This document shows, one piece after another, positions 1-13,045 of a DNA stretch of 64,000 nucleotides; position 1 is the first letter of the stretch, and each line of letters begins with the position of its first letter. The position numbers and the translations under genes are program-made. The notes below the pieces were generated by a model. That model saw nothing but the letters and a program-made list of their open reading frames with translations. It did no database searches and was not told the DNA's origin. This DNA comes from Octopus sinensis (lineage: Eukaryota), in contig NC_042998.1 in the NCBI RefSeq assembly GCF_006345805.1, forward strand, positions 27,714,001 to 27,778,000, given 5' to 3'.

Positions 1-200
1 TTTCAATGGCGTATGTGTTCCCCAGCTGGACGGGACGCCAGTCCAGTGCAGCGTTACGCATTTTTGCCAGCTGAGTGAACTGGAGCAACGTGAAATGAAG
101 TGTTTTGCTCAAGAACACAACGCGTCGTCCGGTTCAGAAATTGAAACAGAAATCTTACGATCATGATGCTGACACCCTAACCACTAAGCCACGCGCTTCT
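1..200 (-). mobile_element. tRNA-derived SINE, family D (3' end cut by the window edge)
   Basis: Reverse complement reads GAAGCGCGTGGCTTAGTGGTTAGG (A box)...GTTTCAATTTC...TTCTTGAGCAAAACACTTCATTTCACGTTGCTCCAGTTCACTCAGCTGG; the same central domain recurs at 33878, 49190 and 60372. Confidence 0.8.
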
Positions 201-1248
201 ACAAATAAGTTATGCTTTATATAATAAACATAAGGATGTATTATGCAACTAATAATAAAGTGCAAAATAACTTCGTATTTTATATCGATTTGTACCGAAA
301 GGTATAAGCAAATGATTATATAGACTTTTAAATTAGCTAGTTATTAACTTCACTCATGTTTACGTTGATTGTTGGAAATTATCAGATTTGGTACCAATAA
401 TGCTATATAACAAACAACATCAAAGAAAATTTTCGGTCATATTCGTTTTGATTAAATCTTCAGAAAATTCTGACTGCATTACAGTATGTAAAACTTACAT
501 TCTTAAAATCTGAATACATAAAAAGCTACATAAAAAAAGCTTATCAACTAGATATCCGATTGGTTCTATTATATTAAAATCCAATTTATTTGATTGACTA
601 ACAAAGAATTATTCGTATGACAAAGATATCTTGTATGTAAACATCACAAACAGGAAAATATACGCGCCCTGAAGGATTAATAATGGAATTTAGCTGGCGT
701 TGTTTTCCTAGAAATATGAAGCATTTTTAATACGAGTTTCTTCGGTTGAGATGAGACATTCAGTCTCATCTCAATTGTATGAATATCATATTAAAAACTG
801 AATAAAGCAATTTTGTAATCATCGCGCAGATATGCTGTAGATTAATTTCTTTCTGCTAAAATGCTACTAAACATGACCCTTCTAAGGACATGTCCCGTAT
901 AGATATTAAGTGAAAGATAATTCTTAATACATTGCCTAATCCAGACTTTTATTTAGCGTCTTCCATACTCACACACACACACACACACACACATACATAC
1001 ACATATACACATATATATCTCGTCTGACGAGCGCTGTGATATAAAGTTGAATCGTGAGATTCTGTGGTTTAAACTTGAGTCACATTCTTTTAAGATAATC
1101 ACCTACTCTTTGTCGCTTCTCATTGGTTGATAAACAGTAACTTTTCGATGGTCAGCACGCACACGCACACGCACACACGCACATACACATGCACACACAC
1201 ACACACGCACGCACGTACACATACATACAGAGATACATACATACATAC

Positions 1249-1478
1249 TTCTTTACTACCCACAAGGGGCTAAGCACAGAGAGGACAAACAAGGACAAAC
1301 AAACGGATTAAGTCGATTACATCGACTCCAGTGCGTGACTGGTACTTATTTAATCGACCCCGAAAGAATGAAAGGCAAAGTCGACCTCGGCGGTATTTGA
1401 ACTCTGAACGTAGCGGCAGACTAAATGCGGCTACGCATTTCGCCCGACGTGCTAACGTTTCTGCCAGCTCGCCGCCTT
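1249..1478 (-). mobile_element. tRNA-derived SINE, family A monomer
   Basis: Head GGCGGCGAGCTGGCAGAA, B-box-like AGTTCAAATACC, core GTCGACTTTGCCTTTCATTCTTTCGGGGTCGAT; flanked by duplicated CAGAGATACATACAT (1228-1242 and 1479-1493). Confidence 0.9.
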
Positions 1479-1489
1479 CAGAGATACAT

Positions 1490-2259
1490 ACATGCAGACT
1501 TTGTGGAGTTAACACCGAAGATGTCACTCACATCATAATCAGTTGTCTGAAAATGTCATCACAGTATTATCTACCGATAAGACATGATGTTGCAGCTAGG
1601 ACACTCTATCATGAAATACATCGGAAGGATAACCCCAGGGACAAAGAAATAAGAACCCACAGTATGGTAGAAGCCATAGCCACTCATAATAAAAAGGAAT
1701 ACTGGTGGAATTTACCAGTGAATAAAATGTAAGGACAACAGACCTGATATAATGATTTGAGATAGAGAAGAGAAACTGTGTATAGTTGTCGGAATTAGCT
1801 ACCCAGCGGATGTTAATATAAGGCTGAAGATCAGTGAAAAAGAGAACACCTATGCTGAACTATCGAGAAATCTGCTGTTACTCTATCCAGATTACAAGTT
1901 CAGGTTTATACGTGTAATTATTGGGGCCCTGGGATATGTAACACACTGTCTACATACCAATATTGAGAAATTAGGCTTCTGAAAACCAGAAAGGAGAAAG
2001 CTAATTCATTGGAACTGTGAAAATTTGTAAAACATTCTAGAAGTTTATCGTTTAAGTATGTATGAGCAGGTCTAGATATGCAACAATACGCATGAGAATA
2101 CAAACATAAAACAAAACATACAAATCTGCACATGTACAAACATACATACAAAAAATATCCTATTGGTATTGTTGAAATTCCAATGAAGGAGCCTTGGACC
2201 TAGATTAGAATCCGGGTCTTTCTCTATTGGCAAGAAATCTTGAAATAAAACTGAATAAT
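1490..2259 (+). mobile_element. 5'-truncated, degenerate RLE non-LTR retrotransposon (R4/Dong-like): C-terminal CCHC knuckle, restriction-like endonuclease and 3' UTR
   Basis: Translates CRLCGVNTEDVTHIIISC...RHDVAA...WWNLPV, then after a frameshift NRPDIMI*DREEKLCIVVGISYP...EKENTY...IIGALG...GTVKICKTF. This matches the CxxC-H-C, RH(D/N) and RPD motifs of RLE LINEs. Ends in an AAT-type tail (GAAATAAAACTGAATAAT). Confidence 0.85.
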
Positions 2260-2299
2260 GACACACATACACCACCATGATAGATCGCTTGCCACTACA

Positions 2300-2460
2300 C
2301 ATTCTATATTTTCTCCCTTTGTTTCTTTCTGTGTTCCTTTCTGTGGAAGAGCGTAGGCTCGAAACATTAAAGACATTTTCACTTCCCGAGTGTTATACTA
2401 ATACATCTGTTCGCTGTCTACACCACCTGTCTTCGTATTTTTTTTGTGAATTCTCCCTAT
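2300..2460 (+). mobile_element. Penelope-like terminal-repeat fragment (family E) with hammerhead-like motif at 2337-2372
   Basis: Homologous to 55120-55278 (+) and 56731-56856 (-); contains CTTT-CTGTGGA-A-GAGCgtagGCTC-GAAAC-ATT-AAAG. The Penelope assignment is inferred from the ribozyme-like motif. Confidence 0.55.
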
Positions 2461-2502
2461 ATACACTCACACATACATACACACACACACACACCACACA
2501 CA

Positions 2503-2573
<71 letters not shown>

Positions 2574-3443
2574 CACGCACACATACACATGAATCAGATT
2601 AGATATATATATAATTGTTTAAACAAACTGTTATGACTAGAAACACCAAATATTCCGAATATAAAAATACGAACGAATTCTATATTTCTATCAAAATTCC
2701 AATATTTTGGAAAGATTGTTTGATATTTCAAAAAACATAAATAGAAAAAGTGAAAAAAACTTTAAATAACAGAAAAAAAGGAAATATTTGTGAAATAAAT
2801 CATTACTTTCTAAACAGCTTTTAGCAATGTGGGAAAAATTAAGAGATAAATTTTGAAGAAAATTAAGAAGTAAGATTCGTGTCACTTTGAAGTATGGTTC
2901 CTTGAGCTATAAATTTTGACGGAAACAAAATTTTCCAAAAGCTGCAATGATGTAAAAATACTAATTTCTCGCAAAATCATGAGGCTTTTCTAAAACAACA
3001 AACAAAAAAGGATATATAATAACAAATCTCCAATGGAAAAATGAAATTGAAGAGACACTATTTGGCGATTATATGCCCGTTTCAGATATAAATTTCAAAT
3101 AACTAACTAATATAAACCTCAGCATCTGGTTATATGACTCTATGGATGAAAAAACTTATTGATTTATTAAACATAGAGTATGTATAGTTTGGTAGTTGGA
3201 AATATTTTAGCTTTATATGGGAAAATATACAATAAAACCTTCGAAATTTAATATATATTTTTTATCCCCAAACAGAGGCTTAGTCTTTTGCAACAAAGTA
3301 GAAGTGTGAATTTTCAGCGTTTATATCTTTGCAAAAGACTTAAGCAATTTAGTCTATCTGCCATAAAATAGTTTAAAATGGAAATAAAATATTAGGAGAG
3401 GGGGATAGTATATTACAGTGATGTATCATCTGATAATTATTTT

Positions 3444-3560
3444 ATAGATCCCGAAAGGATGAAAAGCAAAGTCGACCTCGGCGGAATTTGAACTCAGAAC
3501 ATGAAGACAGACGAAATGTTACTAAGCATTTCACCCTGCCCGCTGACGATTCTGCCTAAA
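3444..3560 (-). mobile_element. Partial, diverged family A SINE
   Basis: CCCGAAAGGATGAAAAGCAAAGTCGACCTCGGCGGAATTTGAACTCAGAAC matches the family A core. Confidence 0.75.
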
Positions 3561-6500
3561 CGCTGGTTTATAAACTGGATATAACAAATACCTTGGTGTC
3601 CGAGTGACCATGTTTTCTACAATGTTTGATATATTTCGAGATCATATATTAAATTATGTTCCCCTTGGTTTGGCTTTATACTAGCATTACATTTCACTAT
3701 CCGGTTAAGATATTTCAATATAGTATCTAATTGAATCAAATAAGACGCTAACCACAAATTCTTCAAGATTAAAATGTGGGAATAGGAGCATTTCATGACT
3801 TCGTCAAAAGTACTAATGATGAATGAAATGAACTAAATACAAATAGAAATTTAAATTGTGTCGATTGATTTCACAAGGACGAATCGCAACTGTAAAACGC
3901 TTGCTTTGTTGTTTTATAAGCAACTGCAAGTTCTCTGATCGCAAACGTGAGAACAAAAGAATCCTGTAGAAATATTTATAACGTTAGAAAATATAAAAGT
4001 CAGTTTAAACAATAGAAATGCTTTTATCTTTCTATTTGAGTCTGTGGTTAGCAAAGAAAATAAAAATTACATTTCACACAAATGCATACAATGAGATCGC
4101 CTGTATTTTTGATAAAAGCGACTCCTTTATTAAAAGCTCGTTTGCTTTGATTTACTAAAAAGACATGTGACATTTTCTGTGACATGTTTACAGGAAAGCA
4201 ATGGAAACATTTGGAATTGTGAATAGTAATATGATTTTATGGAAAGCTTTAAACTCTAAACATTATTACATTTTCTGCTCTCACTGCTTTCGTTTTATAG
4301 ACGTTTCCTTTATTGAACAAAAGGGTACCATTTGAAAGGAGCCGGAAGTTACTTGGACCGGTCAAATAAAAGAGCTATGAACGTGACAGCTTTTCAGGTA
4401 GAAGGAAACGACTAAAATAATGGAAAAAATACGAGGTTTTATAATCCTCCAATGTGTACAATGAATGAATAACATTGAGACGTGATGAGAATAAAAAGAA
4501 TAATAAGTATGCAGTTTATCTTTAACCACAAATGTATTTAAATGCGTTTATTTTTATTCATATTGGCATGAGTGTCAGGAACGAAGTTTGTGAGTCTAGC
4601 GTATATTGCTAGAGGTAAGAGAAGTTGGCATTTCAATAATAGTATTTATAGAGTTTATGAATATAAGATGTAATATTAAATATGAAATTAATTGATTTAC
4701 AAGTTAGACTGAGGAGGGAAGTAAGTGCCCATCAGCTTTTCTCTCGCTTCTCATTTAAATGAAATCGTTGCAGTTGATGTTCATTTGTAATATATGAAGT
4801 CCTAGCTGGCGGAATTATTATAGAAACCTTGTCTGGTGAAGTATATTTGTTGTATCGGTGCATCGGTCGATTGGCCAGGAATACTGAAGCAAAGTACAAC
4901 GTCAGTATTTTTTATTAAAAATTTTAGGTATAAATTCTGAAAATACCAAATGAATAGAAATATTTATATACAAAATTAAATACATAGAAAATTTTTTTAA
5001 CCAAGATGAGAAATAGAACACTGTAGAAAAGGGAGGCAGAAAAATAATACCGCTTAAAAATTAACAACGGTAGTTTTTTTCTATTGTTAGCTTATTTGAA
5101 TCAACACCTATAACATATAATCTAAACACCGGTTTTACTAAACTGGAAAACTGCCAAGTCAGAATGAGACATTTTCGTTTATGATATTCAAATTATACAA
5201 CGAATTGAAAGATTTAAATATTAACATTTTGAAACCATGTTGATGACCTAATATTAATTGTTTTGGTTATAAAGTCGTACATCAAGAGCGAGACTGGTTA
5301 CATAATTGTTGTAAGTATTCCAATACAATGTTAACACCTTTGCTGAATAGGAAAGGAATTGTCATGCCAATGGTATCATTCATAATTTGACGGATATTTT
5401 GGCATGGTAACGGCAGCCGTTTTCACAAAGAAATTATAACAAAATTCAACTACTCAACTGCATTTCCAGCAGCAGTTTTCCATTAAGGAAAATAAATATT
5501 AAAAAACTTCAGTCAGAGTATGATGGGTGTATATTTTAATTCGTACAGAAAAAAAAATTAATTTCACTGACGAGTGAATAAGAGACTACAACGAAGTTTC
5601 ACTTAACAATAGGAATTTTTCTTTCGATAGCAACTACTTAATGTCTACGTATTTTGAGTAGACATTAAGTTGTCTTGAAACAGAAGAAAAGAAAGGGCAA
5701 CCCTGCTAACAGTATTTTAGTATGGTTGACATAAAACGTAACACAAAATGTACATAGTCTATGTATGTAATAGAAGCTGGAGAGGAAGAAGAAATAGAGC
5801 CATCTTTGGTTACAAAAAATATGGAGGCGATAAAGAAATTTGCTTATCAGATCTGAATTCAGAATCATACTTCTCATGTCTGTAACAAAAAATGTCGATA
5901 TTTTTGCTTAGTGTAATTACCGAGCTCGTTCTGTTGAAAAGTTATGCACAGTATTAGTGTAATGTATTACAAAGCAGAAGATACAAAATTGATTATTTTT
6001 GAAAATATTTCGATCATTATTTTGTTTTTACAACTTTCTTACTCTGCTACAAATATTCAGTGTCAATTACCAACATTTACGTTTACCATCAGTCCTCTAA
6101 CTTAATCAGTACTTAGCTCTATTCGTTCTTTATGTACTATTTTTTTTTTAGATAATCAGCAAGATATTCCATATAAAATTTCCCAAAAATCAATACCACG
6201 CCTTTTATGTTATATGTTTCCAATTTTGACGAGATTTTCAAAGGCCACTTGTTTTAATACTTAAATCTTTTTTATAGTTTCAAATTATATTCAAATCATT
6301 GTGAACACCAACAGATTGCATTTTCTCTTGGGAAATAAAAGTTTGCAATATATATTTGTGAATATATAGAGAAAAGATTTTATTAATCAAAACAATTTTG
6401 AAGCAGTCCTGAATATTGATGTCCATAAATACGGGAATTAATTTTGTTGCCAATAGGAGTTATCATTATAAATTACGTTTAATTAATATGAACAGCGTAT

Positions 6501-6996
6501 TTATTACTTAAAATTTTCCTTTCAATTTCCCCAGACGAAAGAATGATTTAAATTAGAAGTAACTTAAATGGCTGCTTCTCGCAAGTTTGTGGCTTCTGCC
6601 GACGCAAATAATAATGTGACGAAGACAACAACCTGTTTTAAAACATTTCATACATGTCACAAAGGAACTGTATAGAACGAGTTTTCTGAAACAGTGTGTC
6701 TTAGAGATGTATATATACATTATATATATATGCAGTTAGAAAATATATAATTTTAAATTCCGTTTTTCCTTATAGGAATTGAAAAGTAAATTAAGTGCAA
6801 GGCTATAAAGGGAAGTGCTCAAGTAAAAACCGAGAGAATAAGACAAACTTAGTGGTTAAAAATAAACATAATTGGTCATACAACTTCGAGTCGTCCCCAT
6901 ATATTCGCACCGTAGAATATAAATACATATTAAAATATCGGGATATTTAGCACACAAGCCCGAAAGTATAAAAATACACACACACACCACACACAC

Positions 6997-7034
<38 letters not shown>

Positions 7035-7074
7035 TAGAGGTATACAAAAAATGGGACAAGAACGCAAAAAGTTT

Positions 7075-7251
7075 GTGTAGCTTTGTGGTAAGTAGCTTGC
7101 TTACCAGCCACATGGCTTCGGGCTCAGTCCCACTGCGCGGCACCTTAAGCAACTGTCTTCTACTATAGCCTCGGGCCGACCAAAGTCTTGTGAGTGGATT
7201 TGGTAGACGGAAACTGAAAGAAGCTCGCCCCTCTCTTTCTCTCTCTCTCAC

Positions 7252-7310
<59 letters not shown>

Positions 7311-7480
7311 ACCATCGCTAGAAGCTGATGTTGGTGTGTTTATGCCCCGTAACTTAGCGATTTGGCAAAATATACCGATAGAATAAGTACTAGGCTTACA
7401 AAGAATAAGTCCTGGGTTCGATTTGCTCGACTAAAGGCGATGCTCCAGCATGGTCGCATTCAAATAACAGAAATAAAAGA
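7075..7480 (+). mobile_element. tRNA-derived SINE, family B (about 400 bp, internal (TA)n(TG)n microsatellite)
   Basis: TGTGGTAAGTAGCTTGCTTACC head, GGCTCAGTCCC B-box-like segment, second half ending GGCGATGCTCCAGCATGG; matches the other B copies. Confidence 0.85.
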
Positions 7481-7484
7481 ATAT

Positions 7485-7616
7485 ATATATATATATTATA
7501 TATATATATATATATTAATATATATATACAAAATGAGAAAATGGAGAAATATATCTAAATCAATCATCAACTATCAGATAATATATATATATATATGCAT
7601 GTATGTATGTATGTGC

Positions 7617-7696
<80 letters not shown>

Positions 7697-7790
7697 CATA
7701 CATACATACATACATACATACATACATACATACATACATACATACATACATACATACATACATACATACATGTATGTATGTATATATATA
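7485..7790. repeat. (TA)n/(CATA)n microsatellites
   Basis: Direct inspection; source of the YI/HTYI ORFs. Confidence 0.95.
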
Positions 7791-7799
7791 TTCACAAAT

Positions 7800-8024
7800 T
7801 AGGTTAGTTGAAATATGTTTGTCACATATTTCAACTGCTAAGGGCAAATACACTGCAGTTACCGTGGAGGGAAAAAAATCTCTCTTATAGTAAAAGGTGT
7901 GAAAACACCAAGCTCGTTCAGTGTCGCCCTCTCCCATAAGAGAGAGCTTTTTTTCTCCACAGTAACTGCCGTGTATTTGCCTTTAGCAGTTGATATATGT
8001 GAAAAACATACTTCAACTAACCTA
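7800..8024. mobile_element. Fold-back MITE, about 90-bp inverted arms
   Basis: TAGGTTAGTTGAAATATGTTTGTCACATATTTCAACTGCTAAGGGCAAATACAC is mirrored by GTGTATTTGCCTTTAGCAGTTGATATATGTGAAAAACATACTTCAACTAACCTA; AAT on both flanks (possible 3-bp TSD). Confidence 0.8.
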
Positions 8025-8083
8025 AATTGCGATTATACATAAACACAGCTTAGCGCCATTACTCCGATATATATATATATATA

Positions 8084-8180
8084 TATACATAAATGCCTCG
8101 CGCTAGGAGGGACTTTTAAAGTCAAAACTACCATAGTTTTGACTTTAAAAGTCCCTCCTAGCGTGAGGCATTTATGTATA
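8084..8180. repeat. Near-perfect 97-bp palindrome (47-bp arms, 3-nt loop)
   Basis: TATACATAAATGCCTCGCGCTAGGAGGGACTTTTAAAGTCAAAACTA-cca-TAGTTTTGACTTTAAAAGTCCCTCCTAGCGTGAGGCATTTATGTATA, one mismatch. Confidence 0.95.
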
Positions 8181-8284
8181 GTAATGTCCTTATTATAAGA
8201 GGAATAAATTGATGGATTTTATGAGGTTTTTCACGGTAACTGCTTGATAAATTCTTATAAAGATTTTATCCTATTTTTCAATAT

Positions 8285-8369
<85 letters not shown>

Positions 8370-8395
8370 TATATGTATATATATATGCATATATA

Positions 8396-8433
<38 letters not shown>

Positions 8434-8884
8434 ATATATATATACATAGACGTATATGTATGTATATATATATATATATATACACATACATATATACACA
8501 TAGACGTATATGTATAATATATATATAACTATGCATACGTGTTTTAACTGCAAGCTCTGTTCACACATCGATACTAAATGTCTGCACATAAATCTATTTA
8601 TAACTAATTTATAAACTTTAGTTGAGCAATATGCTCTCGCCAACGAATCTATAGATCAGTAAACGAGCGTTGACATTACCTGTTTGGAGTCTCATTTTAT
8701 TTATGTAGCTATTGGTTATGATATTTGGAGTGTTTTGAGTAAATATATGAACGGACACACTTGTAAATAGGAGGCAAAACTGGTTGAGTTTTTTTCTACT
8801 TTGAAATATTTATCGCAGAGTTTATGTAGAATGGCGTATAAGCTTATTTGCTAATTTTCAGAAAAATCCTTGTCTCAGTTCATT

Positions 8885-9245
8885 AGTTACATACACACGC
8901 ATACAAACGCATCCACACATACATGCACACGTGCGCACACACACATGCACAAAGACACACGCACACACAAGCACGCACGCACACAATCACACACACACGC
9001 ACGGACGCACGGACACGTACATACACGCACAGACACACACGCACACATGCACATACACGGACGCACACACACATACATACACACATATACACACATGTAC
9101 GCTAGCACACGCTCACACACACACGCGCTCACGAACGCTCACACACTCATACACACACAGATATACACACAGACATACACACACGCACACACCCATGCAC
9201 ACAAACACACACATACACATACACATGAACACAAACGCATACATA
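8885..9245. repeat. Degenerate (CA)n/(CACG)n microsatellite
   Basis: Direct inspection; source of the HT/CV ORFs. Confidence 0.9.
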
Positions 9246-11491
9246 TTTCTACCAGAAAAAGATCGGAACAAATAATTGCTTTCTTTAATAAGTCGGTTTT
9301 TATTAGACAATGCCAATAAGTTATCGTAATTATTAACAAATACGCTGGAGATTAGAGAAGTTGCTGGGCATTGCTACTTTCTTAATGGAAACAGTTTTTT
9401 TTTTGCTTTGAATTTTATCCGCTAACATCATTCAAATACATCAAATAACTACGCGAGAATTAAAAGCCGATTAACGTATACGCACATTAAAAAGTATTAA
9501 TAATTTAGGATTATTTTTTTATAACAAAGAGACAGACTGTCGAAACGATTCCATGTTCTCAGTGATTAAAAGGATATGCTAATTGATTTCGTTCTATGCC
9601 GGTACCTCAAGGGTTGTCAAGTTTATTTTATATCAGGACTTGTTTAATCAGGTTTCACAAGACTTTAGATGTATTGGAAATGATATATCTTTCACATATT
9701 GTAACTGAAGAAAATGTACTGTAATATATCTCTGAAGGTTTTGAATTCATGAAATATGTCGAGGCCAGTCACTTTCGAGGTACCTACCTCTCTTCAAGTT
9801 ATTGAACGATGTAAAACTTTATAGGTACTATGTACCAAGCTGTTCTAACCGTGAAACCTCTTGCAAAGCCATTAGAAACTTAAAGATATGAAGGAGCTTT
9901 TTTTTATCGAAACACAAAGGTAGAAATTCCATGAACTCTCTTACAATAATGAATGCATTCTATATACAGCTTTTAAGTTAATATCACCTAATCCATTACC
10001 ATAATGATTCCTCGTTTCCTACATTAACTCTGTTATAAAGATCCCATCATTTATATAAGAATATTTAGTACTGATATTGTTGAAAAGTGAAAGCCAGCAT
10101 CAAAGAATGTAAATTTTTATACTATGGCGAAGCTCATAAATTTGTTGTTAAATTTTGACATTAAAATATTCATATAACGTTTTGTAACATATTCTGAGCC
10201 ACCAAACTCAAAAATATATTTGTTTTCTCATAGATTTAATATGCAATATTATCATTTGTTGTGACTTGAACTAAGTTTCGCTTGTAAGTAACTAAATTTT
10301 AGTCAAAATATATATTTTCTAGTTCGTTGCCTTGGTATTATATGGCTGTAAATAATATATTGAAATCGAGAACGATGAACAAAATTTGTTTAGAGCTAGG
10401 CTAAAATAAGGCTAATGAAGCGCAAAATGCAATTTGTATAAATTCTGATTCATTATAAAAACACGGACACACACTTTAATCCGATAAAAAAAAGGCAAAT
10501 AAGCTGAATCTATTTAGAAGCAGAAGCTTCTTTTGTTCTGATGTTAATATTCTGATCATAGAAAAACGTTTTCGAAAATTATACATAAACATAACGCAAA
10601 AAGTATTAGTAAAATATGAAACAGACTGTGATGTACATCATTGAAAAAGAGACGTCTGTGTAATAACAGTAATTGAATTACTAGAAAACTATGCAACATT
10701 ATAAATTATTGGAAATTTATTTATTAACGTCTTGGTAGAGTTTGTCTCTTTGAGTTACATTTTCATAATATTTTGTCTTTTGCTAAAGTTAAATAAGCAG
10801 ACAAATCCCTTGATGTTCTGAGAAGGACTATTCTAATAAGCCATCGTTATCTTAGTGCTTAAGTGACTGAGTGTTCCATAGATACGAGTGCCTACTTGTC
10901 TTCAGGCAGTAATAAATAAAGTGTGTCAGTTGGCCCTTTTTATCTATAATTCAATACCGCCGATGGATAGATTTCCACAGAGATTCCATCCATCATATTT
11001 CACTCTCAATGATTGGGTCAAACAAGTCACTCAAGGAACAAAGCAGTGAAATCGAGGTCGCCACCGCATGATTGCGAAGCAAACTTCTTAAACAGTAATG
11101 CGGTGAGCCTACAGAATCGTTAGCAAACGGGGTAAAAAGCTTAGTGGAATTTCGTCCATCTTTAAATTCCGCCGAGGTCTACTTTATTATTCGTTTTCTG
11201 GGGGTCGATAAAATAAGTACCAGTGGAATACTGGGGTCGATCTAATCGACTTATCTCTTCCTCGGAAATTGCTGGCGTTGTACCAACATTTACATATTTG
11301 AAAAACATGCAAAGTGGTCTCAGTGACTGGTCTGACTTAATCTGATTGTCAGTTTAACACCATATCCTAGTTCATGTGTGGCCTAAGCAGAATTCTTTCT
11401 GCTTCAAGCATTCGAACAAGGTAACGGGACCGAAGATAACTTTCTGATATTCTTTTCACGAGCTCTGACAATATCATGGATCTTGTATTTC

Positions 11492-11725
11492 ATATTTCTT
11501 TATTGTCCACAAGGGGCTAAACATAGAGGGGACAAACAAGGTCAGACAAACGGATTAAGTCGATTACATCGACACCAGTGCGTAACTGGTACTTATTTAA
11601 TCGACCCCGAAAGGATGAAAGGCAAAGTCGACTTTGGCAGAATTTGAACTCAGAACGTAACAGCAGACGAAATACCGCTAAGCATTTCGCCCGGCGTGCT
11701 AACGTTTCTGCCAGCTCACCGCCTT
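11492..11725 (-). mobile_element. Family A SINE monomer with 14-bp TSD
   Basis: Full family A sequence; GGATCTTGTATTTC at 11478-11491 and 11726-11739. Confidence 0.92.
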
Positions 11726-13045
11726 GGATCTTGTATTTCTATTTCTGACTAAGAATTAAACACATATAAGAAAATGAGACCTCGATAGTAAACTATAATA
11801 TTGCACAGAGGAAAATAAGAATTGTAGGTGATAGAGTTATACTTATTACATTCTGTATTGTTATGTTTTCATGTATTGTTTAAATTTTGAACATCATCAG
11901 GCTATTGCCCTTTACAGATTGTTTTCTACTGATTTCGCCATCACACTGGAGAAGAGGAAAATGATTCCTTACACTGATTTCATTATCAAAATATGTACAT
12001 TATAGCACATTACCGAATAAATTTTTCTAAGTCCTATATTAGACTTGAAATGGTTTATCTTAATAAGACGTCATTTCCGCAATGAATAAAGTTTCACCTG
12101 AAAATAATACTTATTTTCAATTGTAAACTTACAACTAAAATGATCTCACACAGATTTCAGATTTAGTTCAATTATAATAAGAGTTCTAATTTCTATTTAA
12201 AATTTTCTGTTATGGATTATATATGCGGCAAGATTGTTAAAAACATTTTCATACAATAATGTGGAACTTCCAAATTTAATTCTAGAAGATGCTGCTGTTC
12301 TACTGCATTCGATTTTCTTTTTCTCCATTTGGTTTCTATACATATACACATATAGTACATATAGAATTTTTGCTATCCTGTTAACTATTTATTTATTTTT
12401 GCAGTGTTATTTGTATGCATTGAAAAAATACACAGGTTTGATAAGGAATTCGTAGTAATTTGTGTCTATTTGCGATGTCTGTTGTTTTATTGCATTGTTT
12501 CATTCATAATTTTTAAGTAGTGTTCGTTTTACCAAGTGAATATAATTTTTAATTCCATTTATTCCATTTCTCCGTTCATAGTTTTGAGTGATGTCCGTTT
12601 TCTAGAGCGTGAATGTGGGTTGTATGTGTGTGTGTGTGGGAGTATGAATAAGTATTGTGTTGAAGTATTTAGCTATTTTATTTATTTATAGTTGCCTAGA
12701 CATTTTTATGTGTATGTATAGGGATATATATACAGGTGTGTGATTTAGTGTATGTAGTTAGATATGGTTATATATAATTAGGTATATGTGTATGGGTGTA
12801 TATATAGTTTATTATTATATTATTATTATTATTTTTTTTTTGTTTTGTTTTATATTTTATATTTTATATTTTATATTTAATAGTTGATAGTTTTTTTTAG
12901 TTTATATATTGTTTATATATTGATTATATATGGATTATAGATAGGTTATATATGGATTATATACTTATATTTTTTCATTCATACTTTAATTATTTTAAAA
13001 TTATTATTTTTATATTTTAAAATATTGATTTTTTAGATTGGAAGT

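Noticed and set aside
4301-5885. Splice-like signals at 4301 (+) and near 5880 (-) with short open frames
   Set aside because: Frames stop quickly or are unrecognisable; such signals are common in AT-rich introns.
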